Shown here: positions 1 to 11,900 of the stretch, piece by piece
Layout: every line of letters begins with the position of its first letter
Position numbering within the stretch: position 1 is the stretch's first letter
Assembly (NCBI GenBank): GCA_900617105.1
Contig: UYFQ01000012.1
Coordinates: forward strand, 62,001-103,953
Reading direction: 5' to 3'
DNA from: Hydrurus foetidus
Taxonomy: Eukaryota
Length of the DNA: 41,953 nucleotides
The notes under the pieces: model-generated
The model's input: the letters and a program-made list of their open reading frames with translations, nothing else
What the model was told of the DNA's origin: nothing
The model's database searches: none
Made by a program: the position numbers and the translations under genes

Positions 1-224
1 TGGCTATCAGATAACCGATTTTGTATACGTCATGTGAAATTGCATACTGAAGTTAAGAGTTGAGATGTAACTTGCTACTAAGTACTTTCCTTTAAAAAAA
101 ACTGAAGTTTTGTCAGATAATGCTTGTGCTACCTGCATTCCTTGCACCTTATCGCATCTTCCGGAATGTTAGTTTTCTATCGAATGAAGAAGAATTCTCG
201 AATTCTCTGTGAACAACACCGTAC

Positions 225-480
225 AATTAGGAGATAACTGGAGCCTGCAGAAGGTAGCCGAGGTTCTCTGGAGCGAAATGATAAGCAACCGGGCGGTTCC
301 ATATTATAGTCTTTCATTCCCCTATCCACATCACTCATCACGAGAGACGCAAGTCTCGTTGCATAGTTACCTTAGATGCATGTATCACATCCTTTGAAAC
401 CTGCGATCACGATTTGATCGCAGTGTTTGATGCACCGCACCTGCTTGCCAATCGATGCAGCAGTGTCGCAGTTTTATTTA
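225..480 (+). repeat. Split direct repeat A1 (256 bp)
   Basis: AATTAGGAGATAACTGG...GTCGCAGTTTTATTTA, identical by eye to 5096-5351. Confidence 0.95.
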
Positions 481-1074
481 TGTGGTTGATGGTGATATGG
501 GACGGTAACCCCGCGATGTTGAACTCTACCCTCAACTGGAACTTTTATTTGATCTGCGGAAATGTCGGCGGAGAATGAATTCGCTCTCTAATTGTCTCGA
601 GGAATGGAGGGGGTGTCGACCCAACAAGCGAAATATGTCTGCGCGCGTAGGAGATGCTCATGACTCGTTTGCGTGGCCCCTTGGCGAGGAATGGCACAGA
701 CCGTCGTAATGCAGAATGCCGAGTTCAGTGAAAGATTCCCGGAAACGAAAATGTGACGTCTCCAAAGGCTATGGATACAATTGGAGATCTCATCATCTGG
801 AATCAAACCGACGTGATCACGCGTACTCGATCGAACTCAGCGAATTCTGCATGCCACGGAAGTACGACACCATTGCTGGCCAACGGGAGAAGATCTCTCT
901 GTAAGAATCGTAATCGTACAAAGGGTCTCACATTCAGTCGCAGCTGCTTTCCATTCACTGCCTTCATTTGTGAAGACTTCCCACTTTCCATCGGCCTGGC
1001 GGGGAATTAGTTGCCAGTAGAGGTGGCTATATTCGAGCTTCTAGAAAATTGTCGTACCATGTTGTAAGTAAAGA

Positions 1075-1158
1075 GAGGCATAGTGGGAGTCGATCCCTCG
1101 ACCAGTATGGATATTTTCTTTAATGGATGCGGCGCTCTACCACTTGGCTAAACGCCCC
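1075..1158 (-). pseudogene. tRNA-like sequence (degenerate tRNA or tRNA-derived SINE head; possible CAT anticodon)
   Basis: The minus strand reads GGGGCGT-TTAGCCAAGTGGTAGAGCG...GGTCGAGGGATCGACTCCCACT-ATGCCTC. It has a 7-bp acceptor stem with two G-U pairs, an A-box/D-arm and a T-arm-like GAGGG-ATCGACT-CCCAC. The anticodon stem does not pair. Confidence 0.55.
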
Positions 1159-3877
1159 GATGTAGAACTCGAAAGAGATAGAAACGTGTCATCTCAATAT
1201 AGAATGCACTGAACACGGGAGTGCAAAGAAACAAAAATCAAGGAAAAATCAGAAGTAGTCCCCCTACACCGCGTGTCAATAAATTCTCCTGATTAAACTG
1301 AGATATAAAAGAAATCATATAATTGTAAAGAATATGTAAATAATGATGACAATAATAAATGTCAGTAATTAGAAGGAAAATCAAGCAAAATACCGGAAGT
1401 TTGTGAATGAATGAATAGATAAATGAGTACAGAGAATGAATCAAGTTGGTATGATAATGTCTTCTCTTTCATTACTACTCAACGCGAATTGAATTAGCTC
1501 TTTGAGAGACTGAAATGAAGAGTGTACTGATTTCAAATACGTAATATCATGTGATTTTATGTATTCATACGGAATATAAGGTATTATTCCGTCTCTCTTG
1601 ACCTTAACACTTTTAGAATTCCCCAGATAAGTAGAAAATCATGATTAACTACTTAATCCGACTGAGATTTTCAACAATCGCTACGAATTGAATCAAAATA
1701 TTAAAATACCCAAAGAATGAAAAATAAAACAAATTGAATAAATAAGGAAGAGCAATTAAAAGGTAAATCAATCAAGATACAGGAAGATGATCAGCGAATT
1801 ATAAATTAGGGGATACAGAGAATTATTTTAAATGCTACAGAAACTCGCTCTCTCCTTATCCTACTCTAGATGGAACGATATAACTCTTTGAGAAAAAGAA
1901 AGGAGAAGTGGATTGATTTGGAATACAGAATATTTTGTATTTTTCCGTACTCGATACGAAATATAGTTCTTCATTCCGTCTTGTGCCGACCTTTGGGGCT
2001 TTTTGGGCCGGTCTACAGCTCAGATGGCGAAGAGGTATTAGGGGTGTCATCACCACTGACGAAGCGAAGAAGTTATGTCCTTACATCATTGATAGGACGT
2101 AGTGTGACGACGGGTGTGCTAGTTCCTCAAGCAGAGATGAGATGCTGTCTGTGACAAAAGATCTCTCGGAAAATGAATGAAAAAGTAAATAGAAAGTAAA
2201 AAAATGTGAAATTATTACAGAATGCAAAGGGAATTCATATTATTACAGAGGAGGTAAAACTCAGGTGAATTTCGGGTTTGAAGAAAAATGAAAAGGATTT
2301 ATCAGATATCAGTACAGTATGATACAGCGCGATGCATATCAGTGCAGTATGGGGTAGCCCACTGCAGAGTAGAGCTGAGATTGTGTACCTGGAGATGGTG
2401 TCCAAGGCGAGACCGTCCCCTTAGGGGATCACCAACGTAGAGTCCATCAAGATGTCCACGGTTAGGGGCAATAGACTTTTCGCGATAACAAAGGCGAGTC
2501 CCTCGGGGGTGATGCACATGGATCCTCGAGCGTATGAGCTGCGGAGGAACTGAGCAAGGAAAGCTGGTTCCGCATCGGTTGCGAGTATAATGAGCACGAG
2601 GGGATGCCACCAAATGGTGTGCACACCCCTGAAGGGGGCGCGGAACGCCTGGCAGCACAGCCTCAAAATGTATTCCGTCACGGAACTTGGACCCGCAACT
2701 CCGGAGGCTGTTCCTTTTCTCGCTAGTAAGTTTTTGAGTGCAAGTATGTGTCAGGCTTTTGGACAGCCTGTTGCAGTGTCTTCACTCAAGAAGGCTGTAC
2801 CACAGTGAGCAGCGCGGCGAACAATCCATCCAGGTGAGGGTGTATTGTTATAGATGAATCGTAGGCGATCATAGATGTGATAAGTTGATACGAACTTTCG
2901 GCACCATAGTGTTGGTGGTGTGCGTTTGCGTTGATGCTTTGTGGATTCTAGATAAACACGATTAACCGATGTTGAATCCACACCCTGCGTAAGCAAAGAA
3001 TGATGTGTATCATTTGAATGCGTACAACATAGCATTGATGGGTGTGTCTGTCTGCGCATGTGCGACAGTGGCGTCTGGTGTAGTCTGTGATAGACTGGTG
3101 AACACCGTCTGAGGCCAGTGAGCCGAAGATAGCAGACTGCCTTGGTGGGGCAGTCTTCGCATGCGCAAGAAACAGCCCCGTAGTGTTGTTTAAAGTGTTA
3201 GTTATGGGTGTGACTGTCTGTACATGTGTGATAATGCCGGTGTGTACTGTTGTGGCTGTGTGGCCCAGTACACGCTGTAACGGCTGCCTCGACATACACA
3301 AGAAACAGCCCTATAATATATTAATGCAGTCTATGCACTTGTGATAAGCTTGATATGACAAGCCTCTGACTGCACTTGTGTTATAGCACCTTGTACTGTC
3401 TGCGGCACCAGTGTGTAGTCGTAGAAAAGGCCCGACTGTCAATGTGAGTGACAGTCCTGCCGTCTAGTTGACGGTAGAAAGCTCAGTGCATTGTATGTGT
3501 GTGTGTGCTATAGCCGCGTGGTGTCCTGTATCTGTCAGGATACTACGCGGCTATAGCACTGGTAAGGGCACAAGCACATGGGTGCGAAGCCCTTACCATA
3601 ATCATATAAGAGAGCGGAGACTCACCCTACCTGCACCAACATCTACCTTTCAGAAATAAACAGCGATGGCTGGCCATCCCCACAGAGGAGCCAGCACTTC
3701 TCACGTCGGATAGAGAGCGCTGAGGTATCGGGGGTGTCAGCGCGAGTCATCAATAGAAGAATGATGATTTTGAGGTGCCGCAACTCCCGAGGATATTGCG
3801 AGTTGGTGCCATCGATCAGATGTACCGCAACTCCCGCATCAATTTGGTCACCAGGAGATGTTTAACGGAAGTAGAGG

Positions 3878-3914
3878 AAAAAAAAAAAAACAAAAAAAAA
3901 AAAACAAAAAAAAA
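3878..3914 (+). repeat. Interrupted poly(A) tract
   Basis: A13-C-A13-C-A9 run inside the split-repeat element. Confidence 0.9.
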
Positions 3915-4554
3915 CCAACAGAAAGAGATGGAATGATTTAAGAGAAGGAAAAAGTGAAAAAGAGATAAAGTAGGTCCGACTTAACTGGGAAGGTCGCACT
4001 CACAGCGGTGACCTTCATACTGAGGGTGGGACACCTCACTTGTATGGTCGCTTTCGAGCTAGCCGCTCGAATTGGATAGTTTAAAGCAAAGAAGGGACGG
4101 CGAGACGGAGCGGAGCGCTCTTTTAGGACAGACCCTCTCATTTACAGTCTAGACCGCGTCCGGATCCAACAGCGGTGTGGGGAGTCCCTGACTTAACCTA
4201 CCTATGATAAATGCGCGAACAAATAGAGGAGTGACGATTCTAGGGCGTGAGGTCACGATCAAGAAGAAGCATTGTAGGGTCACAGCACTTTAAACGTGAT
4301 TCGGAATAAGGACGGAGACGAAATTCAACACAAGAGAATTTCATTGAGATCCGGGCTGTGTGAAACGATTCGTATGCCGCTACTGGTGCGGTCGCTGTCC
4401 AGCACAAGCCCTCAACAAGACAACGCCACAGTGTGCTCTATTGGGGCTGGGCGACTCACAGCCAAGCTTGAGATTGCCTATTGACAGTGGCGAGTGTGCG
4501 GCATGCAACGTTGGTGCGAAGCACGCAACGTCTATGTGCAGCATGCAATTTCGG

Positions 4555-4640
4555 TGTGCAGTGCATTGCAGTACGGTGCAGTGCAGTGCAGTGCAGTGCG
4601 GTACAATGCGATGCTGTACAGTGCAGCACAGTACAGTGTA
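4555..4640. repeat. Pentamer microsatellite (GTGCA/GTACA)n
   Basis: Visible GTGCAGTGCAGTGCA array; explains the C/T/V/A/H-rich spurious ORFs here. Confidence 0.9.
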
Positions 4641-4841
4641 GCGCGGGTACAGAGTGGGTGTTATTGAAGACAACCACAGGGACAGGGATAATCACGCAGC
4701 GGGGTCTCATGACTTCATGACGTATGCGACAGAAGGGACAGGTGAACTTGCGTGGCGGAATCTCTTGACTCCATGGTCTGAGTACCATAGCGAGGAATGG
4801 GGCAATAACCAGGCCACCAGCAGCGCCCTAGGAAGTGGTGG

Positions 4842-5097
4842 GTGAAGGGCTTTTCTGGGTCCACGATCCATCCTATGCCAGCGCAGCCAACTGAGTCGGT
4901 GGCTACGCGGATAGGGTGGACGGGCACTAGCTGGCGCGCGAGTGACGCCAACCGTAGGACAACTCACATGAGTTAATTAACAATATGTTATCATCAGTAC
5001 CTAACCGGTTTTGAGGGTTGCTAGAAAGGTTAATCCCGCTAACCGTAAGGTACGGCTTTACACGACCGGGCAGCGGCCGGAATGCAGAGGAATAGAA
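4842..5097 (+). repeat. Split direct repeat B1 (256 bp)
   Basis: GTGAAGGGCTTTTCTGGG...GCAGAGGAATAGAA, identical by eye to 5425-5680. Confidence 0.95.
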
Positions 5098-5351
5098 TTA
5101 GGAGATAACTGGAGCCTGCAGAAGGTAGCCGAGGTTCTCTGGAGCGAAATGATAAGCAACCGGGCGGTTCCATATTATAGTCTTTCATTCCCCTATCCAC
5201 ATCACTCATCACGAGAGACGCAAGTCTCGTTGCATAGTTACCTTAGATGCATGTATCACATCCTTTGAAACCTGCGATCACGATTTGATCGCAGTGTTTG
5301 ATGCACCGCACCTGCTTGCCAATCGATGCAGCAGTGTCGCAGTTTTATTTA
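5096..5351 (+). repeat. Split direct repeat A2 (256 bp)
   Basis: Copy of 225-480; overlaps B1 by AA at 5096-5097. Confidence 0.95.
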
Positions 5352-5424
5352 CCCCGTAGCCAACCATTCCTATCATACAATTTTTGTGTAAATGTGTTTT
5401 GTCTGACCGCACGTGCGCCAGCCA

Positions 5425-5680
5425 GTGAAGGGCTTTTCTGGGTCCACGATCCATCCTATGCCAGCGCAGCCAACTGAGTCGGTGGCTACGCGGATAGGGT
5501 GGACGGGCACTAGCTGGCGCGCGAGTGACGCCAACCGTAGGACAACTCACATGAGTTAATTAACAATATGTTATCATCAGTACCTAACCGGTTTTGAGGG
5601 TTGCTAGAAAGGTTAATCCCGCTAACCGTAAGGTACGGCTTTACACGACCGGGCAGCGGCCGGAATGCAGAGGAATAGAA
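5425..5680 (+). repeat. Split direct repeat B2 (256 bp)
   Basis: Copy of 4842-5097. Confidence 0.95.
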
Positions 5681-7540
5681 CCTTGGCCGTAACGATACCG
5701 TCTCCGACACTAATTTGTAAATTTTTCCCGGAAATAGACTCATTGCGGATCCCGAGTCCATACCATATGTCCCATTGATAGTCATGCAATGGCAGTCCAC
5801 ATCGATACGTACTTCATAGGCAGAAATTTGTTCCGCAGTCAACCTGGAGTATCTCTCAGTTCGTCTTTTCATCAGTTCTGGCCAGCAGAAAGGATTTTGA
5901 TTTCAGGTGAAAATTCTGCTTTTCTGTGGCAATTTTGTAGAACTCAATTTTTTCGGCTGTAACGCCATGTGATTGCAAATTCCATGAGCTTCTGAAGCAT
6001 CGAAGAAGAAGTAATGATTCCACCGTTTATCTATAGTATGTAAATGAATGGGAAATCGAAACTGCGCCCGGAAATTTGATGTGAAACCCATATCATCGAC
6101 CACTTGTAATACTCGTGCACAATATCAGGGATATCTCTCGGAATGGAGTCAGTGGCTCACCAATTTTGTGCCTTTACAGTCGCGATCTCATTGGAGTGGC
6201 ATCCATGGACACAATTCGACAGTCGAACTCAATGGTCTCCCGCTGCACTTTCTTTGGCCATCGGCGAAGGCCCTTACGGTCGTCACTATAATTTTAATGT
6301 CAACCCTGAAGCTCTCCATCAAGGTCTTTATATATTCAAGAAAGTTTTGAAAAGGCTAAAACATGAATTAGTACCGATGGGTGGAATGAAAAATGTGATG
6401 CAGATTGCGACTTTTATGGATTTACCTGAACGAAGCAAGGGAATAAACATCATATTTGTTTGGGAACAGAGATCATCAACTACAATGGAGGAGGCATGAG
6501 TGGTTTTAAGTTTCGCCAGCTTGACATCAGCAGAACTGCGCATCGAGATTAGTTTCCCCTACGGTCGTAACCCCTATCCTTAGGAACCCAACTTGCGGCG
6601 GAGCTCTCAATTGTCACTTCACATGTTCCCGTTCACTGACTGCACGAGCATACTGAAGCATAGCAACCTTTGCCTCAAAGCGCCATCGATATTGCTGCCT
6701 TAATCGTTGCGACCTATCTCTTGTGACTCATTGCTGACTGACTTTCCGCCCTCTCAGAACCGCTCTCATCGTTGCGTCGATAGTGGTCGTCGCTGATCAA
6801 ATATCCTCTGCCTAAATCATACGCCGCGATTTCTAAAGACGCTGCCATGCTCAAGCTATCAGATAGGCCAAGGTAGCCTACGAATATTTCGCAGCAACAC
6901 TCAGTCAGCTGTATATCCAGCTCAATCATCGCACGATTCACTGATTTACCACCTGCAATTTGAGATAGGTTGAAAACGAACTTCAGAAGAATAATTTTGA
7001 GGCGCAAATCGCGGATTATATTCGGTACATGTCTAATCTAAACAGCTGAACTCTTTATTTGCTCCTACCACGGGAAGTTATTTCTTCGAAATTGATGATT
7101 CAGAGATGTTCGAAATTCGCGGACGACTTGCTGCTTCTGCAAAATTTGAAGTCAATTTTGTCAGCAAAAATACAGCGTTTGCGCAAGAAGCATGTCACAC
7201 ATGGCTTCAAACACTAGAATTGAAAGTGCCCAAATCCGAGAAGAAATGAATTTGCTGTGATGTCGAGAACGACTTCGATGTTGTAACTATCGCTGCTGTT
7301 CCAAGACTTCCAAAAAAATCGTATTTCCGCTTCCTAGTGGAGTACAAATTACAAAATACAAAATTTGAAAATTTTTGAACTTTTATTTTTGTACTTTGTA
7401 CCTCTACGGTTGTAGTGGTTGACAAAACTCGAAAGCTCTGTTTTGTATCTTTTTTAAACCTCACGTTTGTAGTGGATGTCATTTTACAAAACACAAATTT
7501 CAACCTCCAAATTTTTTTGTCACCACCTCAAATCTGCAAG

Positions 7541-8286
7541 ATGGTCAAAAACAAGGTTATGCAAGCCAAATCCAAGTCCGTGAAGAAACTTCTCGAGAAA
7601 CTCAAAGCACCCCAGTTGAAGGCGTTGCAGTATCTTCTTGCTGCAAATGCCTATGTCTCAATTATTGAGGGATCTGCTCGGAGAAAGAAGACGCAGAAAG
7701 AAGACATGGAAATGTGAGTTGTTTAAACTCTGATTATAGCATTTTAACCTCTCAAGAACTCATCAATTTGATTGTCACTTGATAGATTATACCATGGTGA
7801 TGGCGGCGACCAGCTTGGTCAAGTCAACCAACTGTTGAATGGGAATAATCGCTATGAAGTCTTATGGGACGGAGATAAATTTGGTTCAGGGTTTGGGATT
7901 TTGAGCGGTGTTACCAAAGATTCCGTCAAGGAAATCATCAATATGCCGACCACTTGAGTTCATATGTAGAAACACTCGAGTTCATTCTGGGATCTAATGG
8001 AGAACCTGTACCTGAACCAGTGTATCAATCCTCCATTCCAATGCATCAGCCTACCATTGTGCCATCAGCATCTACTCACCTTTTCAGTAAGGAACCATCT
8101 CTACCTGTTGGACTCAAAAGCTCTGCCCCCAGCGAGCTTCGTAAAATTAAACAGAAGATTGCAGCTCAGGCCCCAGTGAACGCACTAGCCAACACCGTCA
8201 TTGGCAGCAGCGGAAGCAGCAGCGGCAGAATGAGCATCAGGAGTAGCAGGAGCAAAAGGGACAGCAACCAAGAGAAATCCAGCGGT

Positions 8287-8323
<37 letters not shown>

Positions 8324-8367
8324 AAGGCAAGAGGACGGTGAAAAAGAGAACTACTCATAGTGTTTAA
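7541..8367 (+). CDS. Transposon accessory ORF (basic N-terminus, poly-Ser C-terminus), one intron and one frameshift
   Basis: ATG 7541 (MVKNKVMQAKSK...). A GT-AG intron at 7714-7785 joins in frame to LYHGDGGDQ. A 1-nt shift near 7954 joins LSSYVETLEF...; no clear Myb/SANT motif is seen. Confidence 0.55.
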
Positions 8368-8648
8368 TTAATTTTTAACTTGCATTGTTACAATTGGTTT
8401 TTGTATTGTGTAATCCACTACAATCGAGAGGTACAAAAATCAGGATACAAAAAAAGGAAAAATAAACATGCTTCGAAAGTATGATAATATAAGTTGAAAC
8501 TTGCTAATTAAATTATGTGAATAGATTTTAACGATAAATAATTTTTAAAATTTTGTATGTTTATTTTGTACTCTACTACAATCGAACGGATACAAAATAG
8601 GAATGAATAAATACAATACATGATATGCAAGGAGTTAAAGACATTAAC

Positions 8649-9634
8649 TTAGAGCCATTTGACGGAAGATGACTCTTTCGAAGGGCATATCAGTGAGGTC
8701 CACGATGGATACCCTCCATCAACAAGAATCCAGGCACCTTTGCAGTTCTCCTCTACACCCCATTCATTATACAGAGAGAACACATTGTCAGCAAGATAAT
8801 TACTTCTCTGAATGTCGGTAATGAAGTCATCAAATCGGACTATAGTAGTATCGTTCCATCGTCCCGGGAAGCCAACAGTTGTTGCAAGTATCTGCTGGCG
8901 GTGATTGACAACAAGTTGATATGCACGAGTTGTATGAGAATCCTTTCCCCCAAGATTCTGATTCTTCAAGCGCACATAGCACTTCTCCATTATAATGTGA
9001 GTAACATCTGCAGACCCAATACACCCATCGAACGCCGCCGCCTTAAACTCTGACATATGATCTTTGACTTCCTCTTCAGTTTCTGGGCGTTTCACCCACA
9101 TGGGATAGAGAAACTCCCTGCAAGCTTCGACATACAAATTGAAAAATATGCGATGTGACTCCTCAGATACCCCTGTAGCCTCGGCGACATCATCAAAAAT
9201 CCACCCTCTTCCTAGATAGCGCAAAGCACCCAGAATGAATAAATCCAACGGAATCCCAGGTTGGTTACATGCATTCCGTCGTTCATAGGTGGGAAACCAT
9301 TTCTGCTCTCTCGCCAGCTTCACTAGATCTTGAAACTCGGCGTAGGGCATCCTGAATCGTCGCCTGATCTGGGTGCATTGACTTTTATTTTTGAACCAAC
9401 CGACTCGAGATACATATCTTCGGTGCCATTCCGGCTCCACAGCTTGGAATGGATCATACCCTTGATAGTTCTTTGCAGCATATGGTCTTTTTTCTTTAAC
9501 AACTCTTGTTTCTGCTCTTCTTCACCCTCTTGATCCTCCTCGTCATCATTTCTATCTCGTTTCCTTTTATACGCAGCCCATTTATCAAATACGACGATTC
9601 CTTCATCATCAAAGATACTAGTGAACCTCTCCAT
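8649..9634 (-). pseudogene. HARBI1-like DDE transposase (DDE_Tnp_4), frameshifted and C-terminally truncated
   Basis: Motifs RRRFRM, LGALRYLGRG, GCIGSADVTHI, FPGRWND and LVDGGYP. The N-terminus (ORF 9323-9634) joins via a frameshift at the run 9488-9493. The ORF stops before the expected R..VE..FG motif carrying the catalytic Glu. Confidence 0.85.
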
Positions 9635-10156
9635 CTCAAATCAATTTTCAGATGTTGAATTGATGTCGATTAGGATGAGTTGTTAGTAATACAAATAATT
9701 TTTTTCTAATTATGTACCTGTACAATCGAGGTACAAAAAAACTCAAGAATTTTGTCACAAGGGGCCTGTTTTGTACCTCGACAAAACAGGAAATTTACTT
9801 TTTTTTTGGTTTTTTGTATTTTGTACTCCGCTACAATCGAGAATCCAAGTAAGAGGTACAAAATAGGAATTTTGTATTTTGTATTTTGTACTCCACTGGG
9901 ACCGACCTCACACCCAAAAAAAATAAAAGTTAGTGTCGGAGACGGTAGTAACGGGAACAAAAATATAGTCGGGGTTCCTCTGTAATATAGTAGTCCGTTA
10001 ACTAACATGCTAAGTGCTAGCACGAGAGGAGGGAGGACTCTTCTCGATATTATTCGCCCCGACTTCTGAAAAAACCGGAGAATAGGAGTCCACTTTCCTC
10101 TTCTGCTCAGAAGTCACGATCTCTTTAACGTTGGTGCACGAAATTTGTTGATAAGG

Positions 10157-11066
10157 ATGACGTCAAAAGGATCAGCCACCCACAGACAAGGGATAGCTTT
10201 TTCACTTGTATTTGTGCTCCTGTTCCTCAATTTTTCAAATGGATTATATTTTGTCGTCAGCCCGGTAAGTTCCATCACTCATACCCCTTCAAATATCCAC
10301 TAGACGCTCGACCAGCTAATCATCTTGCTCATTGTCATCGAAAAAATTTGTCGCAGAAAATTTCGAAATGCTTTACTATCGAACAACCGAAAGACACTCC
10401 AATTGTCTTTGCGTATGAAATATTAGACGCTGGCCACAAAGCGAAATTGACTTTGCATTATGGGCCTACAGCTAGCAGTGAGCTCCTGATTATGACGAGA
10501 ACATTTACGAAGCCTATCGGGCATATCGATTATGTCACTGATAACGACGGCGTCTACTCAATATGCCTAGATCTGCCAGAATCCGACAACCCTGACTCTC
10601 CACCGCAATCTACGAGAATGAAACTCTCCATCAATTATGGCTATGATGCGGAATATTATGAGAAACTGTCGAAGCAGAAGAACTTCGAAGTTATCAACTT
10701 GGAGGTACATAAGTTGAATGACATGATGATAATGACCTTGAACGAGGCAGATTATCAGAAGCACAAGGAAGTTGACTACCATACATTGACGGAGAGAATG
10801 AACGTTGCTGCGCTTTGGTGGCCGATGGTGCAGGTCAGTGATAAATTCTTCCTGAAACTTCCTACAACAAGAAAACAATTCCAATGAATTATTTTGCTCC
10901 TGCCATGTCATCCATATTATCGTTACATCTGACATATCTGCACTGAAATAATCCTCAAACCTCATTATTAATTTCGCTTTATTCTTAGATCGGAATTCTG
11001 GTCGTGATGGGAGTCGCTCAGGTGCAACATTTGAAACATTTTTTCAAAAACCACAAAGTGATCTAA
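10157..11066 (+). CDS. p24/emp24/gp25L (TMED) GOLD-domain cargo receptor, 3 exons
   Basis: Exons 10157-10264, 10357-10833 and 10989-11066 with GT-AG introns. It has a signal peptide, KCF...GVYSICL GOLD cysteines, a coiled coil, a TM segment LWWPMVQIGILVVMGVAQV and the tail HLKHFFKNHKVI. Confidence 0.9.
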
Positions 11067-11900
11067 ATTTTCCGACAGAAATGGGTTCCTTCGTACATTG
11101 TTCAAGTCTCTATAATACCGCGTTCAAGATCGTAGAGGTTTACTGAGTTTTATACATTTGTGACAGCGTCTATCTTATCTCACTGAACTTTAAAAAATTC
11201 ATAAAAAATGAACTTTCTTTTACGCGTTGATATGTTAAATAAGCTGGTCATCTTCTTCAGTTATAAGTTACGCTCTAACTCAACTGGGGAACCGTTTACA
11301 GAATCAACATATTAGAAGTGCATAACGCTCATCATCTGTCGTTTGTTCTTCCAGTTGACTGATCAGAGATGGCTGGTGAATGTACGGTACAGTATACAGT
11401 ACTGAACAACAAATACACTGCACTATATCGTTACAGAAGGCAGAGACAACAATAGCGTAAGACTCTTCACGATAGATATGATTTATTTCTCTTGGGAGTG
11501 ACAGTCAAATTGGTGAGGAAGTCAGAATTGTGTCGTATGAACACACAGAAATCTGACGATGTTGGGTACAGAGCTTCAGCTGTTACTGGACAACAGTTAT
11601 CACCAAACTTTAATCTTCTCCACTGTTAATGTCGTCATTAGAAGACAACAGTAGGTCTCAATGATTGAATTCAGATTCACAGCTGTAGCGAATCCTTAAA
11701 CAAATGAATTATTTGAGGCCCCGAAGAAGCGGACATTCTTTCACCGTGATACCAAGTGAAGACGATAAATGCACTTGCCAGTCAACTGACAAAACTGTTT
11801 TAATGTTTTCTATGGAATCAAATTAAATATTACAGATGTACACATATATGGTTTGTGCCAAAATTGTCTCAAAAAACAATTGACGGACAACACAGAGGCT

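Larger units (their letters stand above)
225..5680 (+). mobile_element. Non-autonomous split-direct-repeat element (tyrosine-recombinase retrotransposon architecture, TOC1/PAT/Ngaro-like)
   Basis: A1 225-480 matches A2 5096-5351, and B1 4842-5097 matches B2 5425-5680. The order is A1-internal-B1A2-73 bp unique-B2. There is no conventional TSD, only the AA shared by both ends and the B1/A2 junction. No RT or YR ORF is recognisable inside. Confidence 0.8.
7336..9897. mobile_element. PIF/Harbinger-superfamily DNA transposon, defective
   Basis: 30-bp TIRs AGTGGAGTACAAA(T/A)TACAAAATACAAAATT at 7336-7365 and 9868-9897 (1 mismatch, possibly extending ~4 bp further out). It contains convergent transposase and accessory ORFs. 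The TSD is not resolved. Confidence 0.85.

Noticed and set aside
209..397. 62-aa ORF repeated at 5011-5268, plus duplicated ORFs 4707-4967 and 5278-5550
   Set aside because: By-products of the A and B terminal repeats with no protein-like features
4960..5000. Possible hammerhead ribozyme in repeat B (minus strand CTGATGA followed by hairpin TAACA-TAT-TGTTA), which would suggest a retrozyme
   Set aside because: The required GAAA after stem II is absent and no stems I/III with a cleavage triplet could be built; only adjacent small hairpins are present
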